A program made the translations under genes and the position numbers. 64,000 bases of DNA, taken from NCBI RefSeq assembly GCF_018977255.1, contig NW_024704743.1:744001-808000 (forward strand). The letters are read 5' to 3'. Positions 1-49,748 of the stretch are shown here, piece by piece. The stretch's first letter is position 1. Each line of letters begins with the position of its first letter. The notes under the pieces are model-generated. The model ran no database searches, was not told where the DNA came from, and saw only the letters and a list, made by a program, of their open reading frames with translations. The DNA is from Callorhinchus milii (taxonomy: Eukaryota).

Positions 1-1175
1 ACACAGAGGTGACACACACATAGAGACACACACACACACACACAGAGAAACGTACATACATAGAGAGACACACACACATAGAGACACACACACAGAGACA
101 GGTACACACACAGAGGTGACACACACATAGAGACACACACACACACACACACACAGAGAAACGTACATACATAGAGAGACACACACACATAGAGACACAC
201 ACACAGAGACACATACACACACAGAGGTGACACACACATAGAGACACACACACACACACAGAGAAACGTACATACATAGAGAGACACACACACATAGAGA
301 CACACACACAGAGACAGGTACACACACAGAGGTGACACACACATAGAGACACACACACACACACACACACACACAGAGAAACGTACATACATAGAGAGAC
401 ACACACACATAGAGACACACACACAGAGACACATACACACACAGAGGTGACACACACATAGAGACACACACACACACACAGAGAAACGTACATACATAGA
501 GAGACACACACACATAGAGACACACACACAGAGACAGGTACACACACAGAGGTGACACACACATAGAGACCACACACACAGAGACAGGTACACACCACAG
601 AGGTGACACACACATAGAGACAACACACACACAGAGACAGGTACACACACAGAGCACACACATAGAGAACACACACACACACAGAAACGTACATACATAG
701 AGAGACACACACACATAGAGACACACACACAGAGACAGGTACACACACAGAGGTGACACACACATAGAGACACACACACACACACAGAGAGAAACGTACA
801 TACATAGAGACACACACACACATAGAGACACACACACACAGAGACACGTACACACACAGAGACACACACACACACACACACACAGAGAAACGTACATACA
901 TAGAGACACAGACACACACACAGAAACGTACATACATAGAGAGACACACACACACATAGAGACACACACACACAGAGACACGTACACACACAGAGACACA
1001 CACACACACACACACACACACAGAGACACGTACACACACAGAGAGACACCCACACACATAGAGACACACACAAACAGAGAGAGACACACACAGACACACA
1101 CAAACTCAGCCACACAAACACACACACAGACTCACACACTAAGACACACATACGCACAGACACACCCACACACAC
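1..1175. repeat. Compound CA/GA microsatellite-derived satellite with ~110-bp higher-order period
   Basis: GAAACGTACATACATAGAGA and GAGGTGACACACACATAGAGAC recur roughly every 105-115 bp. Confidence 0.93.
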
Positions 1176-1974
1176 TGTCAACATGTCAACACGCTTCTAC
1201 TGTGTTGCTAACATAGGATCAACAACAACAACAACTTCCATTTACACAGCGGCCCTCACGTGGGGTAGCATCTCGGAGCGATTGACAGTGGCGGAGTCTG
1301 ACCCCGAGCCAGGAGGGGTAGGGAGGGAGGGAGGGGGGGAGAGAGAGAGAGGGAGGGAAGGGGGAAGGTGACCTTAAGGACGATCAAAAAAGGAAGGTCT
1401 TCAGGTGGGATTTGAAAGTGGGGAGGAAGGGGGCGAGGCGGAGGGATCGAGGGAGAGAGTTCGGGAGTTTCGGGGCGTAGCGGCTGAAACATCAGCCGAT
1501 CAGTCTGGCTCAGTCCTCGTGTTTGCAGTTTATCTAGCGGACTGGGTATAGCGTCTTCGAGACGTCTCAAACCTCTTCACAGGATATACTGTAAAGCGGT
1601 TTTCACTGCGCATTTTTTATTGCATGAGCGAAACGCGGCAGCCAGTCGCGCACAGCGGCGTCCCACAAACAGCCGAGCAGTTGGGCGCTGGTGTTTTTTT
1701 CCCCCGGAAACCCTAGACTCCCCAGTGTTTGCAAACATCGTTGCCGGATCGATTGACCCCAGGAACCATCTCTGTGCCAGACGTCAGGAGCGAGAGGGAC
1801 GAGAAACTCGAGACGAGAGAGAGAGAGAGGAGCCAAGGAGACTGCAGAGCACAGCCCTGTGTGTCTGAGCCGAGTAACATCGGTGCTGGCTGTAAACCCT
1901 GTCTGTTAACACATCAGAGTTATAAATACATCTTCCTTTACAACTGCTTCCCAGCCAGCGAGAGAACAAGAACG

Positions 1975-2340
1975 TTAGGCGGGACTTGAAAGAGGGGAGA
2001 GGTGGTGGGGGGGGGGGCAGGTGGAGGGATTGAGGGAGAGCGTAGCGGTTGAAAGCGCCACCTCCGACGGTGGGGCGGAGGGGCCGAGGGACGAGCAGGA
2101 GCCGGGGCCAGTCGAGCGGAGGCGCTGACCGGGTGGTGGATTGGGGGGAGTGTGACAGGGAGGTCGGACTGGACAGGGAGGGGAGACCGACGAGGAGAGC
2201 GTTGGAGTAATCCAGGCGGGAGGTGACGAACGCAATGCACGAGCGTTTCGGCTGCGTTTGGGGTGAGGTACGATCGGTAGACGGGCAATGTGGCGGAGGT
2301 GGGAGAAGGCGGGCGGTCCCGGTCAAGGACCGGGTGTGAG
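1975..2340 (-). mobile_element. L2 LINE fragment
   Basis: AAETLVH and AFVTSRLDYSNALLVGLP motifs in minus-strand ORFs. Confidence 0.85.
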
Positions 2341-4593
2341 GGGAGAGAGGACAACTGTTATAACATTATCCGTACAAGTTTCTTGTTCAATAAGCTCCCA
2401 GATTCCTAGGTCACTTTTTCACCTGCGTCTCTTTACTCCGGTTCCTGTCTGCTTCCTGTTAAATCCTCGCCAGGCTTCCCTGGGTCAAGGTCCTCACTCT
2501 CATTTACAAACGCCTCCACTCCCTTGCACTTCCTTACCTCTCTAACCCGCTCACTCCTCTGCCACTCACGCCCCCCCACCCCCCCCATTTGCCCAACGCA
2601 GCCCAGAACCAGTTGACCTCCTTCGCTGCCCGGACTCTGACGGCTGTTGGTTGACAGTGAAGGTTTGCCGAGGTTGTGGTGCGAAACAACGTGCCAGAGA
2701 TTCCCTGCACATCATGCGGCAGAATCTGTGGTGGAGCGAATCATGCTTTATCCAGCCTGCGTACCGCGGGGGGGGGGGGTTGGGGGTGGTGGTGGGGGGT
2801 CGGTGGTCAGAGGAACACAGGCATGCATTCTGTCTGGGATAAGGTTCCATAGACCGGAGAGAATGGAGCCTGCGATCTATTTAGGTCAAGGCTTTGGGTG
2901 GGGGGTAAGATCACACGACACAACTGAATGCCAATCATCCTGATTCAGAGCAGCTGTCAATCACTTGGAGGGGGCGCAGTGGAATGGCGAGTCAGAAAGT
3001 TTCAAGACCTGACACGCGCGCACCCACCACCACCAACAACAACAACAACACAAATACATTTACTTTCACGTCGGGAGCACGTCCCAAGGGTCCGGATCGG
3101 GGAGGGCGGAGGGCAATGGGTGGGGAGGTAGGAGGGCGATCGAGAGCACTGTCGACGAGGGGGGTCTTGAGCCAGGTCTTGAAGGAGGCACGGGAGGGGG
3201 CGAGGCGGGAGGGACTGCGGGATGGAGTTCCAGAGGGTGGGGGCAGAGAGGCTGAAGGCACACACACACACACACACGAACACGCGCACGTACATGTAGA
3301 CTTTGCGTGGGCTCTCACCTCGCAAGTGAGAGGACCTGGGCAGGGCAAAACCTTAGGCAAGTTTCCTTACTACACACGCACACACACGCACACACACACA
3401 CACGCACGCACACACACGCACACACACGCACACACACACGCACGCACGCACGCCTTTGTTTATCCAGCATTAAGTAGGAAACCTCGGTAATAATCCCTTA
3501 ATAAAAATCAATCCACGACTAGTGAGCGGCGTTTACGAAATACGCTGCACTTTACAGTACACCCTGCGAGGCGTCCTGAGATATATCTCTGTATCAGTAT
3601 TGTTTTACGGTCAGCCGGGCACCTGACACACACACACACACACGCGCGCAGAGTTCAACAGATGTAAGCCACCTGACAGAGTGAAGTTTTCCCCGTGTGT
3701 GGAATGGAATGCACACTCTCTCGCCGGAGCGAGAGCGAAAGAGAGAGAGAAAGAGAGAGAGCGAGAGAGAGAGAGAGAGTGCATTCCATTCCTAGAATTA
3801 AACAGGGTCCTTAAACCTCGGGGCTTTGGCCGCGGGGTTAACAGGAGCTCCCGGAGGCTGGTTTCTACTCTTCCAGGTTCCTACCATCGAGCTGCGCTGC
3901 GCTGCGCTGGGCTGCGATCAGCAAGTGGACTTCCGGCACTTTATATCGAATGCAAGGATTATTATCATCATCATCATCATTATTATTATTATTATTATTA
4001 TCCTCTCTTTTAGCGCTGCCTTAGCTATTCGAAGCGGCTGCAAAGCCCGGCCACTTGGCTAGCGATTTCGCTCGTTTTCCTTCACAGCGTCTTGAAATGT
4101 CACGTCTCTCAGCCCGACGAGCAGCTTAAACACCGGTCTGTGCAAAACGAGGGGGCAGCATTCTCTCGCTAACAGGTCCCAATCATCTGTCTCCTTCACC
4201 CGGGTTGATTGTCCCCCACCTCCCGCCCACGGCTCGCCTCGCTAATGGCCGCGAAATATAACGGCTTAAGTACAGCCTTGTTGTCACGAATAAAAAAATA
4301 AAAAAAACAAGAAACGAAAAAACTTCCGCCCATTTATTGCCCAAAATAACTTGAGAACTTGAGCAGCCGTCACCACTAAGACCAGAGGGGGCGTTCAAAG
4401 GGTTTAGTAAGGGAATAAATAATCCTCGCGCTGGGAAAACGTCTCGAAGAACTTCACCGGAAAGTGCGGCGACTGTGTGTTTTGTAGGCGGAACGCGACG
4501 ACAATTGAAGCGTGACAGCCGACGAGGTGTACGACGGACTGTGAGCCAGGAACAAGGCGGTGTCTTTAAATGTCCACCTCGACAGTACCTCGG

Positions 4594-4930
4594 TGTGTGT
4601 GTGAGTGTGTGTGTGTATGTGTGTGAGTATGTGAGTGTGTATGTGTGGGAGTGCGCGCGCGTGTGTGTATGTGTTGTGTGTGTGTGAGTGTATGTGTGTG
4701 AGTGTGTGTGTGAGTGTATGTGTGTGTGTGTGAGTGTGTGTGTGAGTGTATGTGTGTGAGTGTGTGTGTGAGTGTGTGTGTGAGTGTGTGTGTGTGTGTG
4801 AGTGTGTGTGTGAGTGTATGTGTGTGAGTGTGTGTGTGAGTGTGTGTGTGTGAGTGTGTGTGTGAGTGTATGTGTGTGAGTGTGTGTGTGAGTGTGTGTG
4901 TATGTGTGTGTGTATGTGTGTGTGTGTGTG
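4594..4930. repeat. (TG)n-type compound microsatellite
   Basis: Direct reading. Confidence 0.95.
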
Positions 4931-5354
4931 CGATACTATGTGTAAGACACACTGTATGTTAAGCGTCTGCGCAACACTGTGTAGTAACACTGTACGTAAG
5001 ATTATTTTAGAGTCTAGTAGCGGCGATAATAACAATAATAATATGATTAACATTGTGGTAATAACAATAATAGTATTATCCTTCTGGTAGTAATAATAAT
5101 AATAATATTATTATTGCTACCAGAAGGACCGCAGCTCCGACAATGCAGTACAGCCCCCGGCACTGCATTGGAGCATCAGCTCGGACTGCGATGGAGCCTC
5201 AAGGCTTGACATGGGGGCTTCAAACCACCGCCTGCTGACTCGGAGAGCGAGCGCGAGCGAGAGAGAAAGAGAGAGAGAGAGCGCGCGAGGGTGAGCGCTA
5301 TACCACGGCCCCAGGCGTGTCGGGCGCCAGCGTCCCTTGCGGGTCGGAACTCAC

Positions 5355-41088
<35,734 letters not shown>

Positions 41089-42012
41089 CTTTTCATCCTG
41101 CACCTTCTTGACTAGTTTTTACTCCCAGTGATGGAAATGGTTTTTCTGTTCATGTAACAAGAGTTTCGAGAGAGAGAGAGAGAAAAAAAAACGATCAGAT
41201 TATTGGGCTTTCAGCTTTCGGTCCAACTCACTGAATCTCACGGGAATTTTCCATGTGTAGGTGGGATGTATGGAATTCTCAGTTTGGATTGGAGACTCTT
41301 AGGTCCTACCTTGTGATGGGTTTCCATATACATCAGACACCCGACTGATCAAAAAGAAGACTATTAATAATAATATAATAATAATCTTTACATTTGATGT
41401 TGTGCCTTTCAGGACTGTAGAACGTCTCCCAGTGTCCTGATCGGCAATCCCTCAAAATAAAACTGGTCTCTTACTCCTGACTGGTTTTGGGGACGTTACT
41501 TGGTACAAATTAGCTGCCACGTTTGACGACAAAATGCACACAGTCACTACGTTACAGCTCGTCCTTTGAAATCGCTGGACAGCACGGGAAGACTCTACAC
41601 CAAAGGCAAGGATTATTGGAATGGCAATACAAACCTACATTTAGATAGCGCTTTTCATTTCGGGAAGACGTCCCAAAGCAGTGGATTATCATTATATTAT
41701 TTTCTATGAAGTGCAGTGACCGGCATTTTGTAGGAGAACGTGGCAGCCGACTTACGAACAACATCTAATAAACAGCCATGAAGTGAATGTCCGAGAACAA
41801 CACAGACAATTTGCATTCATATAGTGTCCCGAACGTGGCGTAGGATCTCAGAGTTTTACCTGGAGGGGAATGTTGGCTCGGACACCTGGAGATATGTTTT
41901 GCAGTGCAGTGGATATGAGCCCGGTAATACCGAGCTCTCCATCGGCACAGTTACACACAGCAAAGATATCCGACCACTTCCTCAAACAACGGAATGAATT
42001 TTCCACCTCTCA

Positions 42013-42394
42013 AGACCTGTAGCTCAGTGGTCATAACCCTCACCCCACAAGCGAGAGGACCCGGATTCGGTTCCTGGTCAGGGCGAAACCTTAGGCAAGT
42101 TTCCTTAATCCACACGCCTCTGGTTAACCAGCAGTGAGTTGGAAACCGGTTGTCGGTCGATTGGCGGATCGCTTTCCAAGGGTAATAATCCCTCAGGGAA
42201 AAAACATGTGATCACTCAACCCACGGCTGTTTGTGGGGACGCTGCTGTGCCCAATTGGCTTCCGCTTTTCGCCCACAAAACATACAGTCAATTCACATTA
42301 CAGTATTTTCTGTGAAGCGCTTTGAGACGTCTCCAAGACGTGATAAGGCGCTGTATCAAATGCAAGAGTTATTATTATTATTATTATTATTATT
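42013..42394 (+). mobile_element. tRNA-Ala-headed Deu-type SINE, near full length
   Basis: Same head; central GCTGTTTGTGGGGACGCTGCTGTGCCCAATTGGCT block; (ATT)n tail. Confidence 0.9.
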
Positions 42395-43184
42395 AAGTTT
42401 ACAATGGGATTTCCTGGCAAAAGCAACAGTGTAATGTTTCCATTTCCTGCAACTGGCTCCCTCTGTGGTCTCCGTCCAACATTGATTACTTTCAACAGTC
42501 ATTGCTGTCCCTTTAATCCACCTTACTTCCCCTTCATTAAATACTTCAATAACCCTGCAAGCCAAAGCCCGAAGGCTAGAGTGAGTGGTCCTGGCTGGAC
42601 ATTTAACTGTGAAATTTGGACCACTTAAGCACCTTGAGGAACATTACTGTCTCGTACGGTGACTAGTGCAGTGATATTGCAGGCAAAGGTAGAGGCAATC
42701 CACACACAGCAAGGTCCCACAAACAGCCGCCCATTACCAATCTTACTAATAATAACCTTTGCATATGATACAGGGTCTTACCGCGACACATCTCAAAGCA
42801 GGATTTGCTGTCAAGTGTCGTGATAATATTCCCACAAACAGCCTTGAAATGAACGGCCAATTTTATCTGGGGGACTTGTGTGACCAGGGCACAAGGAGAA
42901 ATTCCCTCCTCTCTTTTTGAGTAGCCCCAAAGTAGCTTTAATGTCCACCTGACTAGTTAGATGGGACCTAGTACCACCCCCACCCCCACCCCCAGTACTG
43001 AACTGGAGTATCAACCCTGCATTTGCCCACAAAATACAATCAGCAACTTGGATGAATATAGCGCCCTTCATACACGGTAGCGTCCTGAGTGCTTAGAGCG
43101 GGGTTTAAACGCTCCAAGTTCAGAACATAGCCAACAACAAAACAACAACAACAAAAGGAGGATGACTGTAGCTCAGTGGTTAGA

Positions 43185-44190
43185 TGTCCCTCGGTGACAT
43201 CATCCGCAGACGTGGGTCAACTGCCATATGTATGCAGATGATACCCAACTCTATCTCTCTGCCTCCACCTTCAACTCCAAACCACTGCTGTCCTGACAGA
43301 CTGTCTGTCGGACATCAAGTCCTGGATGAGGGCAAATTTCCTACAGTTGAATGTGAACAAGACTGAGGCCCTCCTGATGGGCTCTCGCCAGCGCCTCCGC
43401 ACCTCAGGCTCTGGCAGCAACAACCTCCATGGTTGCACACTTCAACTCACCAACTCACCAGGCAGTCAGGAACCTGGGTGTCTTGTTCGACCCGCAACCG
43501 TCTTTTCTTCCCCACATTCAAGCCATGACTCGCTCTGCCTTCCCTCACCTCCGTAACATCACCTGACTCTGCCACTACCTCACCCCTTGGGCCGCTGAAA
43601 CTCGTGTTCATGCCTTCAACACCTCCAGGCTCAACTATGCAAACGCCCTACTTGTCGGCCTTCCCAACTCCTCCCTCCACAGATAATCCAGAACTCTGCA
43701 GCCCGTGTCCTCTCCTGCACCAAAGTCCGTGATCCCATCTCCCCCACTCTCGCCCGACTCCATTGGCTCTCTATCCTTCAGAGGATCCAGTTCAAGATCC
43801 TGGTCCTCACCTACAAAGCCCTCCATGGCCTCTCCCCACCCTACCTCTGTGACCTCCTAAGCCCCCACCAATCCGCCCGTTCCCTCCGCTCAGCTGGCTC
43901 TGGCCTGCTCCACGTCCCCCGACCCACCCGCCCCACCATTGGCGGGAGAGCCTTCAGCCACTCTGCCCCAAACCTCTGGAATTCCATCCTCCAGTCACTC
44001 CCCCTCGCCCCCTCCTGAGCCTCCTTTAAGTCCCGCCTCAAAACCCTCCTCTTCGACCATCGGTCACCCCCCTTCCCCTCCCCTCCCTCCCTGACCCCAG
44101 CTCGGGTCTGAAATGCCGTACACTGTCCAGCGCCTTGGGACGTCCTCCCGACGTGAAAGGTGCTATACAAATGTAATCTTGTTGTTGCTG
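43185..44190 (+). mobile_element. 5'-truncated L2-clade LINE (RT C-terminal remnant and 3' tail)
   Basis: Degenerate ORF2 motifs YADD-like (TATGCAGATGATACCCAA), WMRANFLQLNVNKTEALL, AETRVHAFNTSRLNYANALLVGLP, LHWLSI..RIQFKILVLTYKALHG; tail ends in (TTG)n. Confidence 0.9.
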
Positions 44191-47100
44191 TAATGCATTC
44201 GCCTCGCAAGTGAGAGGACCTAAGTTCGACTCCCAGCGTGACAAAATGTTGGGCATGTTTTCTTACTTCACACACGCGCCTGTTTAGCCAGCGGTAAATA
44301 GGAACTGAGTTGTTATTCAATCGTCGGATCACTTCCGAGGATAATAGTCCCTCAAAAAGAAAATGTGGCCACTCAATCCACGGTTGTTTGTGGGACACTG
44401 CCGTGCGCAATTGGCAGCCGGTTTCACCCACAAAATATAATCAATCCTCTTTCTAATACATTGAGTGAGGCCGTTCGCAGTTCCAGAAGGGTAACTAACA
44501 GAGTAACCCAACAGTGGGGCCAAAGCCAAATAATCCTACGCCTTATCGCGTCTTCGAGACGTCTCAAAGTGCTTCACAGAACATTACTGTAAAGAGAACT
44601 GTCTGTGCATTTTGCGGGCGATAAAGGGGACGAACTGAGAGAAAGTCCCTTCTCTTTTCAAATAGCAAGACCTTTAAGGTCTTCCTGGACAGGCAGACGA
44701 GGCAGGAATAGTTGCTAAAAGGGGCAGCGTCAGCTACTGATGGGGTGAGAGTTTATCAAGGGGGCAGTGTCAACCGTTTAGGTTCAACGGCTCATCTGAA
44801 GGACAACACCTCTGACAACACAACCAGCCACCCATTGCCGCACTGGAATGTCAGTCTGTGCTATGAGAGTTAACGTTGAGGCTTGAACCATCCGAGCCAG
44901 GTGATAACTTGAGAGTAGATAATTATTTGGGGAGGACAAGAGTGCAGGGCTACGGGGTGGGGGGAGAGTGGGGGGGAGTGGGATTGAATTGGGTAACTCT
45001 TTCCAAAGAGCCAGCACAGACACGATGGGACCGAATAGCCTCCTTCTGCGCTTCTGTATAATTCTATGATCCTACGATAACAATAACGCAAGTATTATTA
45101 TTCTTATTTTTACGATTTCTTGCTATTGAAACTTCCCTCTCAATAACAGGCGAACAGCTTGATGTTGTTGTTCACTTCGAGTTGGTAACTGGCTCCGTTT
45201 GCTATCCTTGTGACAGTAAATGACTGGGCCAGACAGAGATAGTGAACAGGGGTGAATCATGCTGCGATATTAGTCATGGCTCTGATCTTTTAATCTCTAA
45301 CGCAGAGATTAGATCCATTTCCAAAAGAAATGTTTCCCAGATCAAAGTCACCTCTCAGGGACTCTTTACCCACGATTCATCCACAAGATATACAGTCAAT
45401 TCCCTTTACAGTATATTCTGTGAAGCTCTGTGAGAGGCTTCGAAAATGTGATAAGGCGCTGTATCGAACACAAGGATTATTATTATTATTATTATTATTA
45501 TCCTATCGCACTGTAGCTGCAATTCATAACACGTAAATCAACAACAACTTGCATTTATGTAGCTCCCTTCATGAGGTGCAGAGTCTCGGAGCACTTGAAT
45601 CAATCGCTGGACAAGTCCTCTTTGGCCGGGGGGAGGAGGGAGAGGTTGGAAGAAGGTTGTGGGGTTAAATAGCTCTGACCTGCTTACCTGATTTGGGGAA
45701 GGGGTGGTGGTGGGGGGGGATAGAGGGGGGGAAGGGGGGAGTATAAAGCCCGTACACATGGCAACCTCCCCCTTCTCCCTCGCTCAGTGGCCAACCGTAT
45801 AGCGCTCCGAGACGCTATATCCAATGCAAGTTGTTGATATTATTGACCAGTTTTATCTTGTTCTGAACAGTAAAACCAAAGGAGATCGGCCTACGATCGA
45901 AGTGTGGGTGGTGGTGGGGGGGAAGCAAAGGCGTTGATTCTTTCAAGAACAAATGAGATAGATTTCTGTTAGGAAGTAATATCTGGGGGAGACAGTATAG
46001 AGCTTTGGGCGCGACATGTCGAGCGACTGCGAGGACGATGGAAGGCGAATTGGATGGACCTCGATCTCCTTTGGCCTCGCAAGTTCTTATGTTGTTCTTG
46101 CAGTGTTGTTCTACAAAATGTCTGAGTCTCACAGTCTTCGAGCTCACAGTCAAGGCCGACAGTGGGGCTCCCAGCTGGTCAGGGGCGCTGTTCTTCGGAT
46201 GCGACATCAAACGGAGGTTCTGTCTGCCTTTTCGGGTGGACGTTAAAGTTCTCGTGGCAACTGCTCGAAAAGAATAAGGGGATTTCTCCCAGTGTCCCGG
46301 ATAAAACTGGTCGTTTTTAACGGCTGTTCGGTGGACGCCGCTGTAGGCAAACTTTAACCGGGTTTAACTCGCCCTGAAAAGAATATTTTCAGCTGGTGCT
46401 TATAGCCATGGGATCTTTAACATCAACCCGAACCGCAGAAGGGTCAGCATTGGAGCGTCAGCTTAGACGGCGAGCTCAAAGCTCTGACATGGTTGGTGGG
46501 GGGGGGGGGGGTGTGTGGGGGCTTGAACCTTCTGGCTCAGAGGCGAGGGCGTTTACCTGCTGAGCCGGGCTGTCACCTCTGCCCGAAAAGAATCCGAGGA
46601 ATCTTGGCTCTGAGCCTGAACTGTCAGGACCCAGATTGACGTGGGACTCGAAACTACAATCCTGCGAACCGCTGGCGAGGATTTGCTATCGGCAGAGAGC
46701 CACGGCTGACACCGGGATTCCAGCCTCGTCACCTCCTGGAATTCCAACACACTTCGCTTCGGGAGTTTGGGGAATTTTCTAACCGAGGTCAGAAACTCAC
46801 GATTCCCCCCCACCACCACCACACCACCACCACCACCACCGCGTCAGGTCGTTTACCTCACGCAGTCGATGCCAACTCTCGGATGAGAGCTAATTTCCTG
46901 CAGCTGATGGTCGACAGGACCGTGGCCCTCCTGCTCGGCTCCCGTCCCACATTACTTTTAAGCGCCGTGACCCGTTCTGCCCGTTTCCCCCACCGCCGCG
47001 ACATTGCCCGCCTCCCGCCACTAACCCCCTCCCCTCAGGCCGCAGAGGGGAGAGGTAACGCTTTCACCTCGACAGGCCTCGAATAGCCTAACTCTCTGCT

Positions 47101-47566
47101 TGTCGGCCGCCCCAACTCTTCCCTCCACGAGCTGCAGATCAGTCAGAACTCTGCCGCTCGCGGCCTCTCACGCACCGAGCTCTGCGAGCCAATCACCCCC
47201 CCACCATTCTCGCCCGGCTTCACGTCTCCCAGAAGGATTGACCTTAAATTCCTTTCCTGGAAAGCAATCCCTCAAAATACAACTTGGAGTAGGCTGTTTG
47301 TGGGACTGAGCAAATTACCGTAGTGTTAATTGACTTGTACATTCTGTGGGCGAAACACAACGGTACGCAGCAGTGGGGATTGAGTGACCAATTACTCTCG
47401 GATTATCACTCCCGGAAAGTGATCCATCAATTGACTAACAACCAGGGTCCTACTTACTGCCGGGTAAACAGAGTAGGGAAACTTGCCTAAGGTTTCTCCC
47501 TGCCCGGGAATCGAACCCAGGTCCTCCGCGAGGCGAGCGCTATAACCTTACGCTAACGGACTCCAC

Positions 47567-47601
<35 letters not shown>

Positions 47602-49004
47602 TATTATCATCATCATTATTATTATCTTCCATCAAGTCAACAAAGAGATGTCCTTGTCCGTGCCCTTGTGGTGGGATCTGCTTACCTTGCAGACGATGGA
47701 GGCTGGTTTGAATTTTTGGATAAACGGAGGGGGCGTTATTTATAGAAAGTGGCGGCACCATAGATTATTTTCAATTTAAAACTCGAGGCGGAACCTTGGG
47801 CTAACCTCTGCTGCTTTGGAAAAAGATGGTAACTGGGGGCCTTGCAGTGAACCGAACCTCAGGGACCAGAGGGACATGGGTTATTTCATGTAAACAGCGT
47901 TGCGGTGTCGAACATTGACACCACTTGGAAGTCAGCCCACTGTTGGAGAGGACTGATCTCAACGGTAATATCCAGTCGGCAATACCTTTCGCCTCCCGAC
48001 TGCTGGGAAGCTGCGAGTTACGCCCACTCGCACAGGTCAATCGACCCACAGCGGCTCTGCACTTGACTCGAAAGCCGACGCATGCACATTTGAAAGGATT
48101 CAACTTCAAACAAAAACTATAATAATAATAATAATAATCATCATCTTTGCATTTGATATCGCCCCTCCTGTTGTCAAAGGCGGTGTATCGAACGTGAGGG
48201 TTACTATTATTGGTCGGGACACCTTTTTTTTAGGCACATACTGTATCTTCGCTAACAAACATCAATGGATCTTTCATTAGGATTTTAAAACCCTTTCATT
48301 AGTTTCAATGGTACGATGCAAACGTAACTGTCGGTTATTAATTATTAAGTGAGAGATGTACACTGTAAAGAGCATTTAATACCGCGTCTTGCGCTTCGGG
48401 AGGATGTCTCAAAGCGATTCACTGGTTTTACTGTGACGTGTAGTGACTGTGTATCTGTAGGTGAATGCAGCAGCATTGCCTTCTTTCGGTTCAGACGTTA
48501 AATCCTCTTCAGTGGGCTCCAGCCTGCTCCACGTTCCCCCCACCCGGCCGGCCTTTCTGTCCCCACCCTTTGGACCTCCCTCCCACAGTCCCTTCAACTC
48601 CCCCCCAACCCCCACCCCCCACCCCACCCCCCTGCCCACCTGCCCCCACCCCCCTCCCTTACCTCCTTCAAGGTACATCTCTCGAAACACTTTGGGACAT
48701 CTCAGTGACGTGATAAAGCGCTGAATCAAGTGCAAAGATTATTATATCATTACTCTAAGCTTATGCTCATGGTTACTGCAAAGCTAGAAGCCGTAAATAA
48801 ACCGGTGTTAAAGCTGTTAAAAGGTATGGAAATCAGTGCGTAAATTGATGGCCAGCTGTTAACACGCTGCCAACATGATCTAAATAAGGTTTTTAAGGGG
48901 TCACCAGTCATTTTCCTCTCAAAAGAGCTTCTGCATTTTGTAGTTAAGTAAACACTGCTTCCTCTCTCCCTCTCTGACCGATTCCCACCCCGCTCGTTTG
49001 CGTC

Positions 49005-49330
49005 TAGCACGCTCACCTCGCAAGTGAGAGAGGACCCTGGTTCGATTCCCGAGCGGGACGAAACCTTAGGCAAGTTACCTTACTCCGCGTGCCTCTGTTT
49101 GCCCAGCAGTAAATAGTAACGGGTTGTTAGTCAATTGGCGGATCGCTTTCGAGGGGTAATAACCCTTCTCAAAAAAAATGTGGTGGCTCAATCCACGACT
49201 GTTTTTGCGGGGACGCCGCTGTGTGCGATTGGCTGCCGTGTTTCGCCCACAGAATGTACAGCCACTAAACTTTACAGTGTATCCTGTGAAGCGCGTTGAG
49301 AGGTGTCAAAGCCGAGGATTATTATTACTA
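49005..49330 (+). mobile_element. tRNA-Ala-headed Deu-type SINE
   Basis: Same head, body and tail. Confidence 0.85.
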
Positions 49331-49748
49331 TGGTTCCAAGACACTATATCAATACAAGTTGTTCTTGTTTTACTCCCCGCCCAATTATGTCACCCGCCTC
49401 ATTTAACAATGTGCCTCACAGGCATCTCACCTTAAAGAAATCTGACAGGGAACGTAATAGAGCACAACACACTCATTGTATAGCGCCTTTCATGTCAGGA
49501 GGGCGTCCCAAAGCGCGCGCCGGCCAATTCTGTTGAAAACATTTCGTTAAAGTACAAGAATTTCCACTGCTCGTGAGTCAATAGCGGGGCGGGGGGCGGG
49601 GGGTGGGGGGGGGGTGTGGTATCGATATAATTATTACTTGAAAGGAAACTAAAGTGGGTGGTTCGGTAACTGGAGCACACGGATTCAAGATGATTGCCAA
49701 AAGAAAACAGATTAGGAGTGAGGTGAGAGCAATGGAGTGGAGACTCAT

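Noticed and set aside
4454..5053. His/Thr- and Val/Cys-rich ORFs here and at 15.2, 39.3, 62.0 and 63.3 kb
   Set aside because: Stop-free translations of CA/TG microsatellites.
1..5354. Next channel exon (VLNLFLALLL...)
   Set aside because: Not found by eye; the region is repeats and intron, so the exon presumably lies beyond the window edge.
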